This document shows positions 17,176-25,799 of a DNA stretch of 64,000 nucleotides, piece by piece. The stretch comes from an uncultured Gammaproteobacteria bacterium. GTDB taxonomy: Bacteria; Patescibacteriota; Patescibacteriia; Patescibacteriales; UBA12465. Location: assembly GCA_964570655.1 (NCBI GenBank), contig CAZMYU010000001.1, positions 65,454 through 129,453 of the forward strand. The letters run 5' to 3'. Under the pieces are notes generated by a model. That model searched no databases. It saw nothing but the letters and a program-made list of their open reading frames with translations, and was not told the origin of the DNA. Position numbers and translations under genes: made by a program. The first letter of the stretch is position 1. Each line of letters begins with the position of its first letter.

Positions 17176-18219
17176 TTATTCAGCCTTTTCTTTTTCTTTT
17201 ACCAAGACAATGGTTTTGGCTCGAATATCAGCCATGAGTTTAGCATTGTCTCGCAAAAATTGTTTGGCATTTTCTCGACCAGTGCCTAATTTTATCTCAT
17301 TATAAGTATAGGTAGCACCAGATTTTTTGACGATACCATATTCGCTAGCCAAATCTAACAAATCCCCTGACACCGAGATACCTTCATTGTACATAATATC
17401 AAATTCAGCCGTTCTAAAGGGAGCGGCCACTTTGTTTTTGACAATCTTGGCCTTGACTCGATTGCCGATCATCCGCTCTCCTTGTTTGATCTGAGCAAGT
17501 CGTCGCACTTCAATTCTAACTGAACAATAAAATTTCAAAGCATTGCCACCAGTGGTGGTCTCCGGACTGCCAAAGAAAACTCCAATCTTGTTTCTAATCT
17601 GATTAATAAAAATAACAATGGTTTTAGTCTTAGAAACAATGCCAGTTAATTTTCTCAGCGCCTGGCTCATTAGCCTGGCTTGCAGACCCATGTGCTGATC
17701 ACCCATATCGCCCTCAATCTCCCGCTGAGGGACTAAAGCGGCCACACTGTCTACAACTACCACATCAACAGCATTAGAACGAACCAGGGTCTCTACAATC
17801 TCCAGGGCCTGTTCACCAGTATCAGGTTGAGAAATGAGCATGTCTTTGATATTAACTCCAATTTTTTTCGCATATTCAGGATCAAGAGCGTGCTCGGCAT
17901 CCACAAAGGCGGCAATTCCACCTTTTTTTTGTACTTCTGCCACGATATGTTGAGCCAAAGTAGTTTTGCCTGAAGCCTCTGGTCCAAAAATTTCAATAAT
18001 CCGACCTCGCGGAACACCAAAAATTCCCAAGGCAATATCTAGCGACAAACAACCAGTCGAGACTACATCGACATCGGTTTTGCGCACATCACCAAACTTC
18101 ATAATAGCCCCCTCACCAAACTTATCTTTAATCTGGGTCATAGCCGCTAGAGCGGCATCATTTCTTTGACCAGAGTCTTTAGAACTCATATCAATTTTGG
18201 GTCGACTAGCTGTTTTCAT
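17176..18219 (-). CDS. recA: Recombinase RecA
   Basis: [48 protein letters not shown]. Confidence 0.97.
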   Translation of the reverse strand: MKTASRPKIDMSSKDSGQRNDAALAAMTQIKDKFGEGAIMKFGDVRKTDVDVVSTGCLSLDIALGIFGVPRGRIIEIFGPEASGKTTLAQHIVAEVQKKGGIAAFVDAEHALDPEYAKKIGVNIKDMLISQPDTGEQALEIVETLVRSNAVDVVVVDSVAALVPQREIEGDMGDQHMGLQARLMSQALRKLTGIVSKTKTIVIFINQIRNKIGVFFGSPETTTGGNALKFYCSVRIEVRRLAQIKQGERMIGNRVKAKIVKNKVAAPFRTAEFDIMYNEGISVSGDLLDLASEYGIVKKSGATYTYNEIKLGTGRENAKQFLRDNAKLMADIRAKTIVLVKEKEKAE

Positions 18220-18286
18220 AAATTTGTTCTTTCCGCCGAGGGACGAAATATCTTAACGGAAATTATATTAATTAATAATTTATAAA

Positions 18287-20872
18287 CTAAGGACAATTAC
18301 CATCTGGAGTTAGCAAGGTCGAAGCTTGACCATTACAACAAGATGGATTCTCTTCACTGGCCACACAACCTGGCCCACTAGAAGGTTTAAAACAATTCTG
18401 ATAAATATCTTTGATACCCGATCCAGCCTGAGCCGAATAATTAATAGCTTCATCAAATAGAGAATGATTAATAGTGGCTCTAGTCATATCATAACGACCA
18501 TCAACTGGCGACAAATCAATATTTTGACTAGTAATCCAATAACCCACCGGCTGATTAGTTTTGTTGAACAAATTAATCATTTTATGATCAACAGTACTAG
18601 TACCACTAGGCGTTTTGATGCTCCCAGTTCTGAGAGTACTTTGCATCATCATTTTATTAAAATCAATAATAATTGGATTGCTGAGATCAACATTGCCCAA
18701 TCCGGGAGCCGGCACAATATTAGTAATCTGCGGAGCGCTAGCTTCTAATCTGTCGGTTACAAAAAATGAAAAACGATACGAATCTTTAAAATTAGGATTG
18801 CGAACATTTTCGTCATAAAAACTAAGTGGTCCATCACTACTTTCATCTCGATTACCATTCAAAGAGTTGAAAGCTGCATCGACTATTCCAGCCGTCAGGG
18901 GTTTAAGGGCCAAGGGATAATTTTTGTTAGCCGAATTTTGGCAGACCTTGCTAGCCCCGCAAGAATTATAAGGAGCAAAAGCCGAACAATCGCCACTGCT
19001 CGTACAAGGATTAAGAGCGGCCGCGACCAACTCAACTTGCAAATGAGCACTGGGCGGCAAACAATAAATTTTTTCACCACAACCATTCATGCCACATTCC
19101 GTAGTGCTTTGAAATTCTAAAGTTCGATAATTATTAGAAATTAGCCAACGCCCAGCTACTGGAGCATTATTGTCAGCTAAGTTTATAACTCGAATAGTGT
19201 TTTTCACCTCATCCGAACTACCGGACACGGTCATCGGATTAATAGGTTCGCTAAAATTGATTTGAATAATCGAATTCATGGGCTTGTCTTGTTTGTCGCC
19301 CACCGTAACACTAATTTTTTCGTCCTGTCCGCCAGCCATACCGGAGACCGCAATATTGTTAGAATTATTGGTTGCCAAAACCAAGTTGTTTCCAGCTTCT
19401 CCACTAGCCTTGAAACGGATAATAGCCTTACTAGACTTGCTAGAAGCTTCAATATCATCCCGACCACTTAGAACCGAGGCAATATTATCAGCCTGATCAT
19501 TCAAATTAGTGGCCCGCAAAATTTCATAAGCCCCAGCCGCACTAGCCACAAAAGTATAGACCGATTGACCAATACTAATATTGTCAGCTCTAATTTCTGG
19601 ATTGACTTCAATCGACCAAGAATTACCAGCGGTGGGCGTGAAACCATCAAACTTAACTAGAAAATAACCAGGAAAATTAACTTCACCATTATTAATATTG
19701 AAAATACCCAGTGAGCTATCTGAAAATAATTGAGCTCGATTACCACTCAAAATAGTCACCTTAAAAGATTCGGTCGATCCATGGTAATCTCTATCCATCG
19801 TTACTTTCAAAGAATTTGGCCAACCCTGACTGCTGGGGGGATTATTGGCGACTGATTTCAAAGTAGCTGCCTGAAAAGTTTGCGGTAAAGACAAAACCGT
19901 AAATGATCCCATGGCTGATTTAGCTGACTGTAAACTCTCGGTTTTATCAGCCTGATTATCAGGTTCTGGGAAAATTCCCGCGCTCAAAACCTGAGGTGGG
20001 GTCAAATCTATTTTGTTATCAATCGCAAATTCCCAAGCCAAATAATCAGAACTACAAGTGCTAAACATAGAACTATTATCAGCTTTTTTTATTTCGCTAG
20101 TTAAACGCACCGTAAACCACACCCCATCACTAGTGACCGGAAAATACCCAGGCAGAGATATAATCAAAGTCTTGTTGTCTTTTTGATTAACCAAAGCATC
20201 TTTAATATTAGTAGCCTCTTTATCGCCAATAGTTGACTCATAAATCTTGACACTAGCCGGATTAATTTTTTGACAATTACTGGTATTATCACAAGCACAG
20301 GCTGTGCCACTATCATTGACACAAATAGTATCCAATTTCAATTCTTCTTTGAAAGTAATCAGGATGGCGGTATTTTTGGCAATGCCTTTTTGACCAGGCT
20401 CAGGATAAACCGAATCAACCGAGCAAGATCCCAGGGCTCCTAGCCCTAAGCCCGGATTGATATTTTTGCCACCACTGCCATTATCAATATCGCCACCATT
20501 ACCAGAGGCCCTCATCAAACGATTCAAAATAAAAAAGGTAATCCCCCAGGCTGACAAAATAATTAATAGACCAATGATTCCATTGCGCAAAACTTTTTTG
20601 GCTTCAGTGATTTTTTCTTCATTGCCATTTGAGGTCATCCATTTAAACCCAGCAATCAAAATAAAAATTACCGCAATCGCCCCCAAAAACATCATGGCAA
20701 TATTTACAATTCTAGACACAATTCTCAGGGGATTATCACTACTAAGTTGGATAACGTTATTTATTTCATTAAGCCCCACATCTTGAGCCAAAGCAATTTT
20801 GCCAAACAAAAATAAGCCCACGGCTAACAAAGGGAAAAACATGGCTTTAATTAAGCGCTGATTTCTAAACAT
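18287..20872 (-). CDS. Large secreted/surface protein with pilin-like (VirB2/TrbC-type topology) N-terminal module
   Basis: 861 aa. Signal peptide (..GKIALAQD), two hydrophobic helices flanking WMTSNGNEEKITEAKK, a Gly-rich linker, a long S/T/N-rich beta-type region, and a Cys-rich C-terminus (..CCNGQASTLLTPDGNCP). Confidence 0.8.
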   Translation of the reverse strand: MFRNQRLIKAMFFPLLAVGLFLFGKIALAQDVGLNEINNVIQLSSDNPLRIVSRIVNIAMMFLGAIAVIFILIAGFKWMTSNGNEEKITEAKKVLRNGIIGLLIILSAWGITFFILNRLMRASGNGGDIDNGSGGKNINPGLGLGALGSCSVDSVYPEPGQKGIAKNTAILITFKEELKLDTICVNDSGTACACDNTSNCQKINPASVKIYESTIGDKEATNIKDALVNQKDNKTLIISLPGYFPVTSDGVWFTVRLTSEIKKADNSSMFSTCSSDYLAWEFAIDNKIDLTPPQVLSAGIFPEPDNQADKTESLQSAKSAMGSFTVLSLPQTFQAATLKSVANNPPSSQGWPNSLKVTMDRDYHGSTESFKVTILSGNRAQLFSDSSLGIFNINNGEVNFPGYFLVKFDGFTPTAGNSWSIEVNPEIRADNISIGQSVYTFVASAAGAYEILRATNLNDQADNIASVLSGRDDIEASSKSSKAIIRFKASGEAGNNLVLATNNSNNIAVSGMAGGQDEKISVTVGDKQDKPMNSIIQINFSEPINPMTVSGSSDEVKNTIRVINLADNNAPVAGRWLISNNYRTLEFQSTTECGMNGCGEKIYCLPPSAHLQVELVAAALNPCTSSGDCSAFAPYNSCGASKVCQNSANKNYPLALKPLTAGIVDAAFNSLNGNRDESSDGPLSFYDENVRNPNFKDSYRFSFFVTDRLEASAPQITNIVPAPGLGNVDLSNPIIIDFNKMMMQSTLRTGSIKTPSGTSTVDHKMINLFNKTNQPVGYWITSQNIDLSPVDGRYDMTRATINHSLFDEAINYSAQAGSGIKDIYQNCFKPSSGPGCVASEENPSCCNGQASTLLTPDGNCP

Positions 20873-20904
20873 TGACTCGAAATTTAGGCTCTTTTATCAA
20901 TTAA

Positions 20905-20931
20905 ATTATAGCATTAATTTTAATTTTTCAA
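20905..20931 (-). promoter_or_regulatory. Promoter of the 861-aa gene (TTGAAA-15-TGcTATAAT)
   Basis: Read on the minus strand: TTGAAA (20931-20926), 15-nt spacer, extended -10 TGCTATAAT (TATAAT at 20910-20905). The REP hairpin ends 5 nt upstream of the -35. Confidence 0.45.
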
Positions 20932-20959
20932 AAGTCCTGGGGTCTGACCCCATATTTGA

Positions 20960-21487
20960 TCAATCTAAAATAAATTTTTTAAATCCTTTTAAATCGCCAA
21001 ACATCTCTTTAATTTTTTCCTTTTTAACACAACCGGTATCTGATACATTTTGAATAATTTCCGAGTAACTACTCCAAGGCCATTTTTCCGGAGAATCAAC
21101 TAATCCACTTCTAACCGGATTAAGGGCGACATACTTTATAAGGGTAAGCAAATATGATTCCCTAGTAATAACCCTGGATTTATATCTCCCTTGAAAAAGA
21201 TGGCCAACCCTCTTATGTAAAAAATTAAATTTTTGAGCATAAAACGCATTTAAATCTTTCATGCCGACGGCCAAATTTGCCAAAGGAGTTTTAACCACCA
21301 AGTGATAATGATTGGGCATCAGACAATAGGCAAAGGAGACCCACTGACATTCCTTGATAGCCTCAGATAAAAATTTTAAAAACAGCTCATAATCAGCATT
21401 AGAGGTAAATATTTTTCTTTTATTATTTCCTCTAGATAAAACATGGTAAAGCGCGTCTTCATATTGAAGCCTTAAAAGTCTACTCAT
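20960..21487 (-). CDS. REP-associated tyrosine transposase (RAYT; IS200/IS605-type Y1 HUH transposase)
   Basis: 175 aa. HUH motif in CLMPNHYHLVV, catalytic-Tyr region YVALNPVRSGLV, and HLFQGRYKS. Confidence 0.85.
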   Translation of the reverse strand: MSRLLRLQYEDALYHVLSRGNNKRKIFTSNADYELFLKFLSEAIKECQWVSFAYCLMPNHYHLVVKTPLANLAVGMKDLNAFYAQKFNFLHKRVGHLFQGRYKSRVITRESYLLTLIKYVALNPVRSGLVDSPEKWPWSSYSEIIQNVSDTGCVKKEKIKEMFGDLKGFKKFILD

Positions 21488-21619
21488 AGTTTTAATTTTA
21501 GAATTTCAAAAAACACGCCCCTAAATAACTTAGAGAGGCGTGCTAAATTGAAAACTAATTATTTTATTATTTGATCAGATTTTAAATCCTATCTTTAAAA
21601 AAATCAAGTGGGGTCAAGT

Positions 21620-21695
21620 GGGGTCAGACCCCAGGGGAATTTTATTAAAAAATAAGGTGTTTTCATGTGGCCACCAAAAAATGGGGTCAGACCCC
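21620..21695. repeat. REP doublet (2 x GGGGTCAGACCCC separated by 50 nt), copy A
   Basis: 68/76 identical to 41868-41943. Preceded by the 10-nt tandem duplication agtggggtca x2 (21607-21626). Confidence 0.9.
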
Positions 21696-21699
21696 AGGG

Positions 21700-21900
21700 T
21701 TAAAAAAGACAAGTTAAGAAGGGGCGCTGATCAATTTGGCGGCAATCTTTAAAATTCCGGCTCCATTCTTGGATGTTCTCAAAAACCCTAAAAGTTTGCG
21801 GGTTCAAGCTGGTTTTGATATCCCGATTGTAAAACCAAAACAAAGACAAAAACATAAGCACTAAAAATAAAACGACTGTTAGAAATTGACGAAGATTCAT
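21700..21900 (-). CDS. Small membrane protein (66 aa), hypothetical
   Basis: ATGA start/stop overlap with the upstream PHP gene suggests translational coupling. One N-terminal TM helix. Confidence 0.45.
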   Translation of the reverse strand: MNLRQFLTVVLFLVLMFLSLFWFYNRDIKTSLNPQTFRVFENIQEWSRNFKDCRQIDQRPFLTCLF

Positions 21901-23150
21901 ATTAATTTTGATTGAATAATTTGATGATCATCAGCAAAAATATTGACCTGCCCATACTGGCCATCAAAACCAGGCTTAATAATCAAATTTCCGGATCGCA
22001 TTCTATTTAGGCCGTCAATGATCCGTTTATCTAGACGATCTCCGACCTGATCTAGGTCTAAATCTAATAAAATTTTTAATTCACTGCCAAATTTTAGAAT
22101 CAAATCATTGTATTCCTTATTAACCTTCAAAGTATTTAGACCGGTCACCCCCAAAGCTTCAGCAATAATTTTTTTGAGACCAACAATTTTTTTAAAAGGA
22201 GCCATATTATCTGGAATATAGCCGAGTGATCGATCAGCCAATTCATCGACTCGGTACAAAACACCAATCACTAATTCTTTTTTACAAATTGGACAGATTT
22301 TATGTAATTTTTTGGTAGTCTCTGGCTCAGACGAAAAACTACATAAACGATGCCCATCAAAATGATACATGCCTTCTTCGGGATAAAACTCAATGGTTCC
22401 TAAGAGTTTTTTCAGGTCTCGTTTTTTAATAATATTATAAATTTCACTATAAGTAATCTCTTCTAAGTCCATGATGGTCGCTTCACGCCCTAAATTTCCC
22501 AAGCTATGAGCATCGGAGCTAGACAGGCAAGTCAAATTATCCAATTGTGAAACTCGCCAATTCATCTCCGGGTCGCTCGACAAACCAGTTTCATAAGCAT
22601 AGATATTTTTGGTTTGTTCCTGAAAACAATCAAGCAAAGAATCAAAGCCCGATTTAGAACCAAACACTGCATACCAGGGGGTCCAAATATGCGCCGGATA
22701 AATCAAAAAATCTGGATGGATTTTCAAACATAGGTCCACTAATTTGGGGGCAGACATCCCCAAAATTGGCCGACCGTCAGATTTCAAATTAAAACCCTTA
22801 TCTAATTCCGTTCTTAATTCTTCGGCTGCTTCCAAATTAGGGGCATTAACCAGCAAATGAATTCGTCTAGCGCGAAGGCCATCCTTGTACACCAAAGACA
22901 ATTCAGTGGCGATAGTAAATTTCAGTTTGTCATCAACGGCTTCCCGATGACGATACAATCCAGATCCTGGAAAAGTTTCGACCAATTCTCTTTTTATATC
23001 CAAAAACCACTGGGGATGGGTAAAATCACCAGTGGCTACAATATCAAGTCCTTTAATTCGCGCCGCTCTATCAATATTCTTGAGAGTGAGCTCAGAAGAA
23101 CAGGCTCGGGCAAAGCGTGAATGGATGTGCAGATCCAGTATCTGTTTCAT
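21897..23150 (-). CDS. PHP-domain endonuclease Q-like protein
   Basis: N-terminal DLHIHSRFARACS PHP motif, CPICKKELVIGVLYRVDELADR zinc-finger-like segment, ~417 aa as in the EndoQ family. Confidence 0.7.
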   Translation of the reverse strand: MKQILDLHIHSRFARACSSELTLKNIDRAARIKGLDIVATGDFTHPQWFLDIKRELVETFPGSGLYRHREAVDDKLKFTIATELSLVYKDGLRARRIHLLVNAPNLEAAEELRTELDKGFNLKSDGRPILGMSAPKLVDLCLKIHPDFLIYPAHIWTPWYAVFGSKSGFDSLLDCFQEQTKNIYAYETGLSSDPEMNWRVSQLDNLTCLSSSDAHSLGNLGREATIMDLEEITYSEIYNIIKKRDLKKLLGTIEFYPEEGMYHFDGHRLCSFSSEPETTKKLHKICPICKKELVIGVLYRVDELADRSLGYIPDNMAPFKKIVGLKKIIAEALGVTGLNTLKVNKEYNDLILKFGSELKILLDLDLDQVGDRLDKRIIDGLNRMRSGNLIIKPGFDGQYGQVNIFADDHQIIQSKLI

Positions 23151-23154
23151 AAAA

Positions 23155-23252
23155 TTTATAGCGATTAATATTGTTTATTTCGAAGCCGAGGACTGTTTGA
23201 GCCGGAGGCGAGTTCCGCAGGCGCAGAAATAAATAATATTAATCGCTATAAA
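23155..23252. repeat. 98-nt inverted-repeat element: 27-bp AT-rich arms around a 44-nt GC-rich core
   Basis: TTTATAGCGATTAATATTGTTTATTTC (23155-23181) pairs with GAAATAAATAATATTAATCGCTATAAA (23226-23252); 26 of 27 complementary. It fills the pilT-endoQ spacer. Confidence 0.85.
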
Positions 23253-23256
23253 CACC

Positions 23257-24309
23257 TTACATCGTTTCAATGAGTTGAGCTTCGGCGACTTCCTTGCTAA
23301 TTAGCCCTTGATTATACAATTCTTTAATATGTCGTCCGAAGGAAAGCATCCCATCTTGGTAACTAGTGTCAATAACATTTTTGATTTGAGTGAGTTTCTG
23401 ATCCCGAATCAAGGTAGAAATAGCCGCGTTTCTGATCATCACCTCCCGCATCGCGATTCGCCCGCCACCAACCTTAGGAATTAATTTTTGCGAAATTACC
23501 GCGTTTAAAACATTAGCGAGTTGCGCTCGCACCTGACCCTGTTGATAAGGAGGAAAAACATCGATAATTCTATCAACAGTCTGGGCCGCATTAAAAGTAT
23601 GCAAAGTCGCTAGGACCAAATGACCGGTTTCGGCCAAAGTCAAGGCCGTCGAAATAGTTTCCAAGTCACGCATTTCCCCGACCATAATCACATTCGGATC
23701 TTGACGCAGGACATGCTTGAGCCCGCTGGCAAAAGTTTCCATATCCGAATCAAGTTGACGCTGAACAATTATTGATTTGCTGGAAGAAAAAATATACTCA
23801 ATCGGATCCTCTAGAGTAATAATATTATAACTAAAATTATCATTAAGATAATTAATCATCGCTGCCAGTGAAGTAGATTTACCACAACCAGTTGGTCCAG
23901 TCAGCAAAATCATGCCCTGACGAGCACCAAGTAATTTATAAATGACCTCAGGCATTCCAACATCTTCCAAACTGGGACGAAGCTCTCTGATAACCCGAGC
24001 TACAAAACTAATATTACCTCGCTCATAAAAAAGATTGATACGAAAACGATAATTATCAATTGAATAACCGAAATCCAAGTCTTTATTTTTATAAAATTTT
24101 TGCCGATGTTCAACATCTAGAAGAGTCTCAACGGCCTTGCTGAGTTCTTTGGAGCTAACAATTTCAAAATCATCATTAGTCCCTTTAAATAAGGTATCAA
24201 TTGGAAATAATTCCCCATCAATTCTAAAAAACGGCTTAAGCCCTTTCACCACATGCAAGTCCGAAGCATTATTTTGGGCGGCTAGAGTTAATAAGCGTTT
24301 AATGTCCAT
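23257..24309 (-). CDS. pilT: Type IV pilus retraction ATPase PilT
   Basis: 350 aa. GPTGCGKSTSLAAMI, VIMVGEMRDLETI, TGHLVLATLHT. It lacks a GspE_N domain. Confidence 0.9.
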   Translation of the reverse strand: MDIKRLLTLAAQNNASDLHVVKGLKPFFRIDGELFPIDTLFKGTNDDFEIVSSKELSKAVETLLDVEHRQKFYKNKDLDFGYSIDNYRFRINLFYERGNISFVARVIRELRPSLEDVGMPEVIYKLLGARQGMILLTGPTGCGKSTSLAAMINYLNDNFSYNIITLEDPIEYIFSSSKSIIVQRQLDSDMETFASGLKHVLRQDPNVIMVGEMRDLETISTALTLAETGHLVLATLHTFNAAQTVDRIIDVFPPYQQGQVRAQLANVLNAVISQKLIPKVGGGRIAMREVMIRNAAISTLIRDQKLTQIKNVIDTSYQDGMLSFGRHIKELYNQGLISKEVAEAQLIETM

Positions 24310-24327
24310 ATTTTTTAAAATTAAAAA

Positions 24328-25017
24328 TTACCACTTCTTTTTTTTGAGTCCATTTTCAGCGGCCATAATCTGGGCCTCTTGTTTGCTGGTCCCCTTACCA
24401 GTAGCAATGAGAACTTCGTTTAGATAAAGGCCAACAGTAAAAACTTTTTCGTGGTCTGGGCCTTCTTCGCTAATAGTTTTATAAACCGGAGTAAAACCCT
24501 CGTGCTCCTGAGCAATTTCTTGAAATTTTGATTTGGGATCCAAATACAAATGATTTTTTAAAATATACTCTAATTTAACCAAAATATGCTTATGGACAAA
24601 AGTTGAAGCTGGTTCTATTCCGCCGTCCAAATAAATAGCTCCAATAATCGCCTCTACAGCATTGGCCAAAATATAAATCCGGGCCTTGCTGTTTTTGTCC
24701 TTGGCCTCGCCTTTAGACAAAAGCAAATAATTTTCAATTTTTAAATCTTCGGCAATCGAATGAAGCATTTTGGAATTGACCAAGCTAGCTCGCCAATTAG
24801 TCAAATCACCCTCAGGGGTATTTGGAAATTGCTTATATAAATATTCGGTAATAATAATTTCCAAAACTGCGTCACCCAAAAACTCCAAACGCTCATTATG
24901 ACCAAAATGAAAATCAGGGTGCTCATTAATATAAGACCGATGAACCAGGGCCTGTTCCAAAAGATCCTGGTTCTTAAAATTGGTGCCTAAATTTTTTTGT
25001 AGCTTATTGAAATCCAT
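24328..25017 (-). CDS. rnc: Ribonuclease III
   Basis: NERLEFLGDAVLE signature plus a C-terminal dsRBD (..GKGTSKQEAQIMAAENGL). Confidence 0.95.
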   Translation of the reverse strand: MDFNKLQKNLGTNFKNQDLLEQALVHRSYINEHPDFHFGHNERLEFLGDAVLEIIITEYLYKQFPNTPEGDLTNWRASLVNSKMLHSIAEDLKIENYLLLSKGEAKDKNSKARIYILANAVEAIIGAIYLDGGIEPASTFVHKHILVKLEYILKNHLYLDPKSKFQEIAQEHEGFTPVYKTISEEGPDHEKVFTVGLYLNEVLIATGKGTSKQEAQIMAAENGLKKKKW

Positions 25018-25019
25018 AA

Positions 25020-25541
25020 CTATTCAGTGGTTTCTATCGCCGGCTCGTGCTCGGCTTTTTCTTTGGCAATCGCTTCTTTGGCGGCTTTGATTTTTTCGGT
25101 AATCGCTTCCCGCTCAGCTTTTTCGTTTTCCGGCAAATCGTTATAAATTGCCCCCAGGACTCCATTGATAAACTTACCAGAAGAATCTCCGCCAAAAGCT
25201 TTGGCTATTTCAATAGCTTCATTGATAGCCACCCGAGGTGGGATATTGTCGGCAAAGAGCATTTCGTAAATACCAATTCTAAGAACATTGCGATCAACAA
25301 TAGTAATTTGTTCTAACGGCCATTCAGTGGCATACTTTTTGATTAGATTATCAATGAGATCCAGGCGTCCTAAAACTCCTTTAATAATTTCCATGGTAAA
25401 ACCACCATCATGAAATTGAGGGGCAAAGTTTTTAAAATTCTCCATCATGAGCTGTTCGACATTTTCATTGTGTCGACCATTGAAATCCCAGGCAAACAAA
25501 GTTTGCATCGCGATAGTTCGAGCTAAATGACGATTGGACAT
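25020..25541 (-). CDS. nusB: Transcription antitermination factor NusB (with acidic/Lys-rich C-terminal tail)
   Basis: RHLARTIAMQTLFAWDF.., DRNVLRIGIYEM, INEAIEIAK. Confidence 0.88.
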   Translation of the reverse strand: MSNRHLARTIAMQTLFAWDFNGRHNENVEQLMMENFKNFAPQFHDGGFTMEIIKGVLGRLDLIDNLIKKYATEWPLEQITIVDRNVLRIGIYEMLFADNIPPRVAINEAIEIAKAFGGDSSGKFINGVLGAIYNDLPENEKAEREAITEKIKAAKEAIAKEKAEHEPAIETTE

Positions 25542-25557
25542 GTTATTAAAATTTTAA

Positions 25558-25761
25558 TTATTTCTTTTTAGCTTTAGCCTTTTTGATTTTAACTTTAATT
25601 ACTTCTTTGCCTTTGTAATTACCACAAAAAGCGCAAGCCTGATGAGGTCTAAGAGCTTGACCACATTTAGGGCATTTATTCAGAGTAACTTTTTTCAAAG
25701 CTAGGTGCGCCCGATTTTTACCAACGGCACTCTTAGTTCTTCTTTTTTTAGGATTAGCCAT
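25558..25761 (-). CDS. rpmF: 50S ribosomal protein L32
   Basis: MANPKKRRTKSAVGKNRAH..CPKCGQALRPHQACAFCGNYKGKEV. Confidence 0.9.
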   Translation of the reverse strand: MANPKKRRTKSAVGKNRAHLALKKVTLNKCPKCGQALRPHQACAFCGNYKGKEVIKVKIKKAKAKKK

Positions 25762-25799
25762 ATTTTTATATTTTTATTATATCATAATTAGGAATTAGA

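Larger units (their letters stand above)
20936..21695 (-). mobile_element. RAYT unit: Y1 transposase gene bracketed by inverted REP hairpins
   Basis: CCTGGGGTCTGACCCC (20936-20951) and its exact reverse complement GGGGTCAGACCCCAGG (21620-21635) flank the transposase ORF. Confidence 0.7.

Noticed and set aside
21651-21702. Mini-ORF with an AAGGTG-like SD inside the REP doublet (MWPPKNGVRPQG*)
   Set aside because: The second doublet copy (41899-41943) also has an ATG, but in a different frame relative to the shared sequence, so no peptide is conserved.
23032-23232. 66-aa plus-strand ORF crossing the pilT-endoQ spacer
   Set aside because: It is antisense to the EndoQ-like gene start and then reads through the 98-nt inverted repeat. 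It has no independent support.
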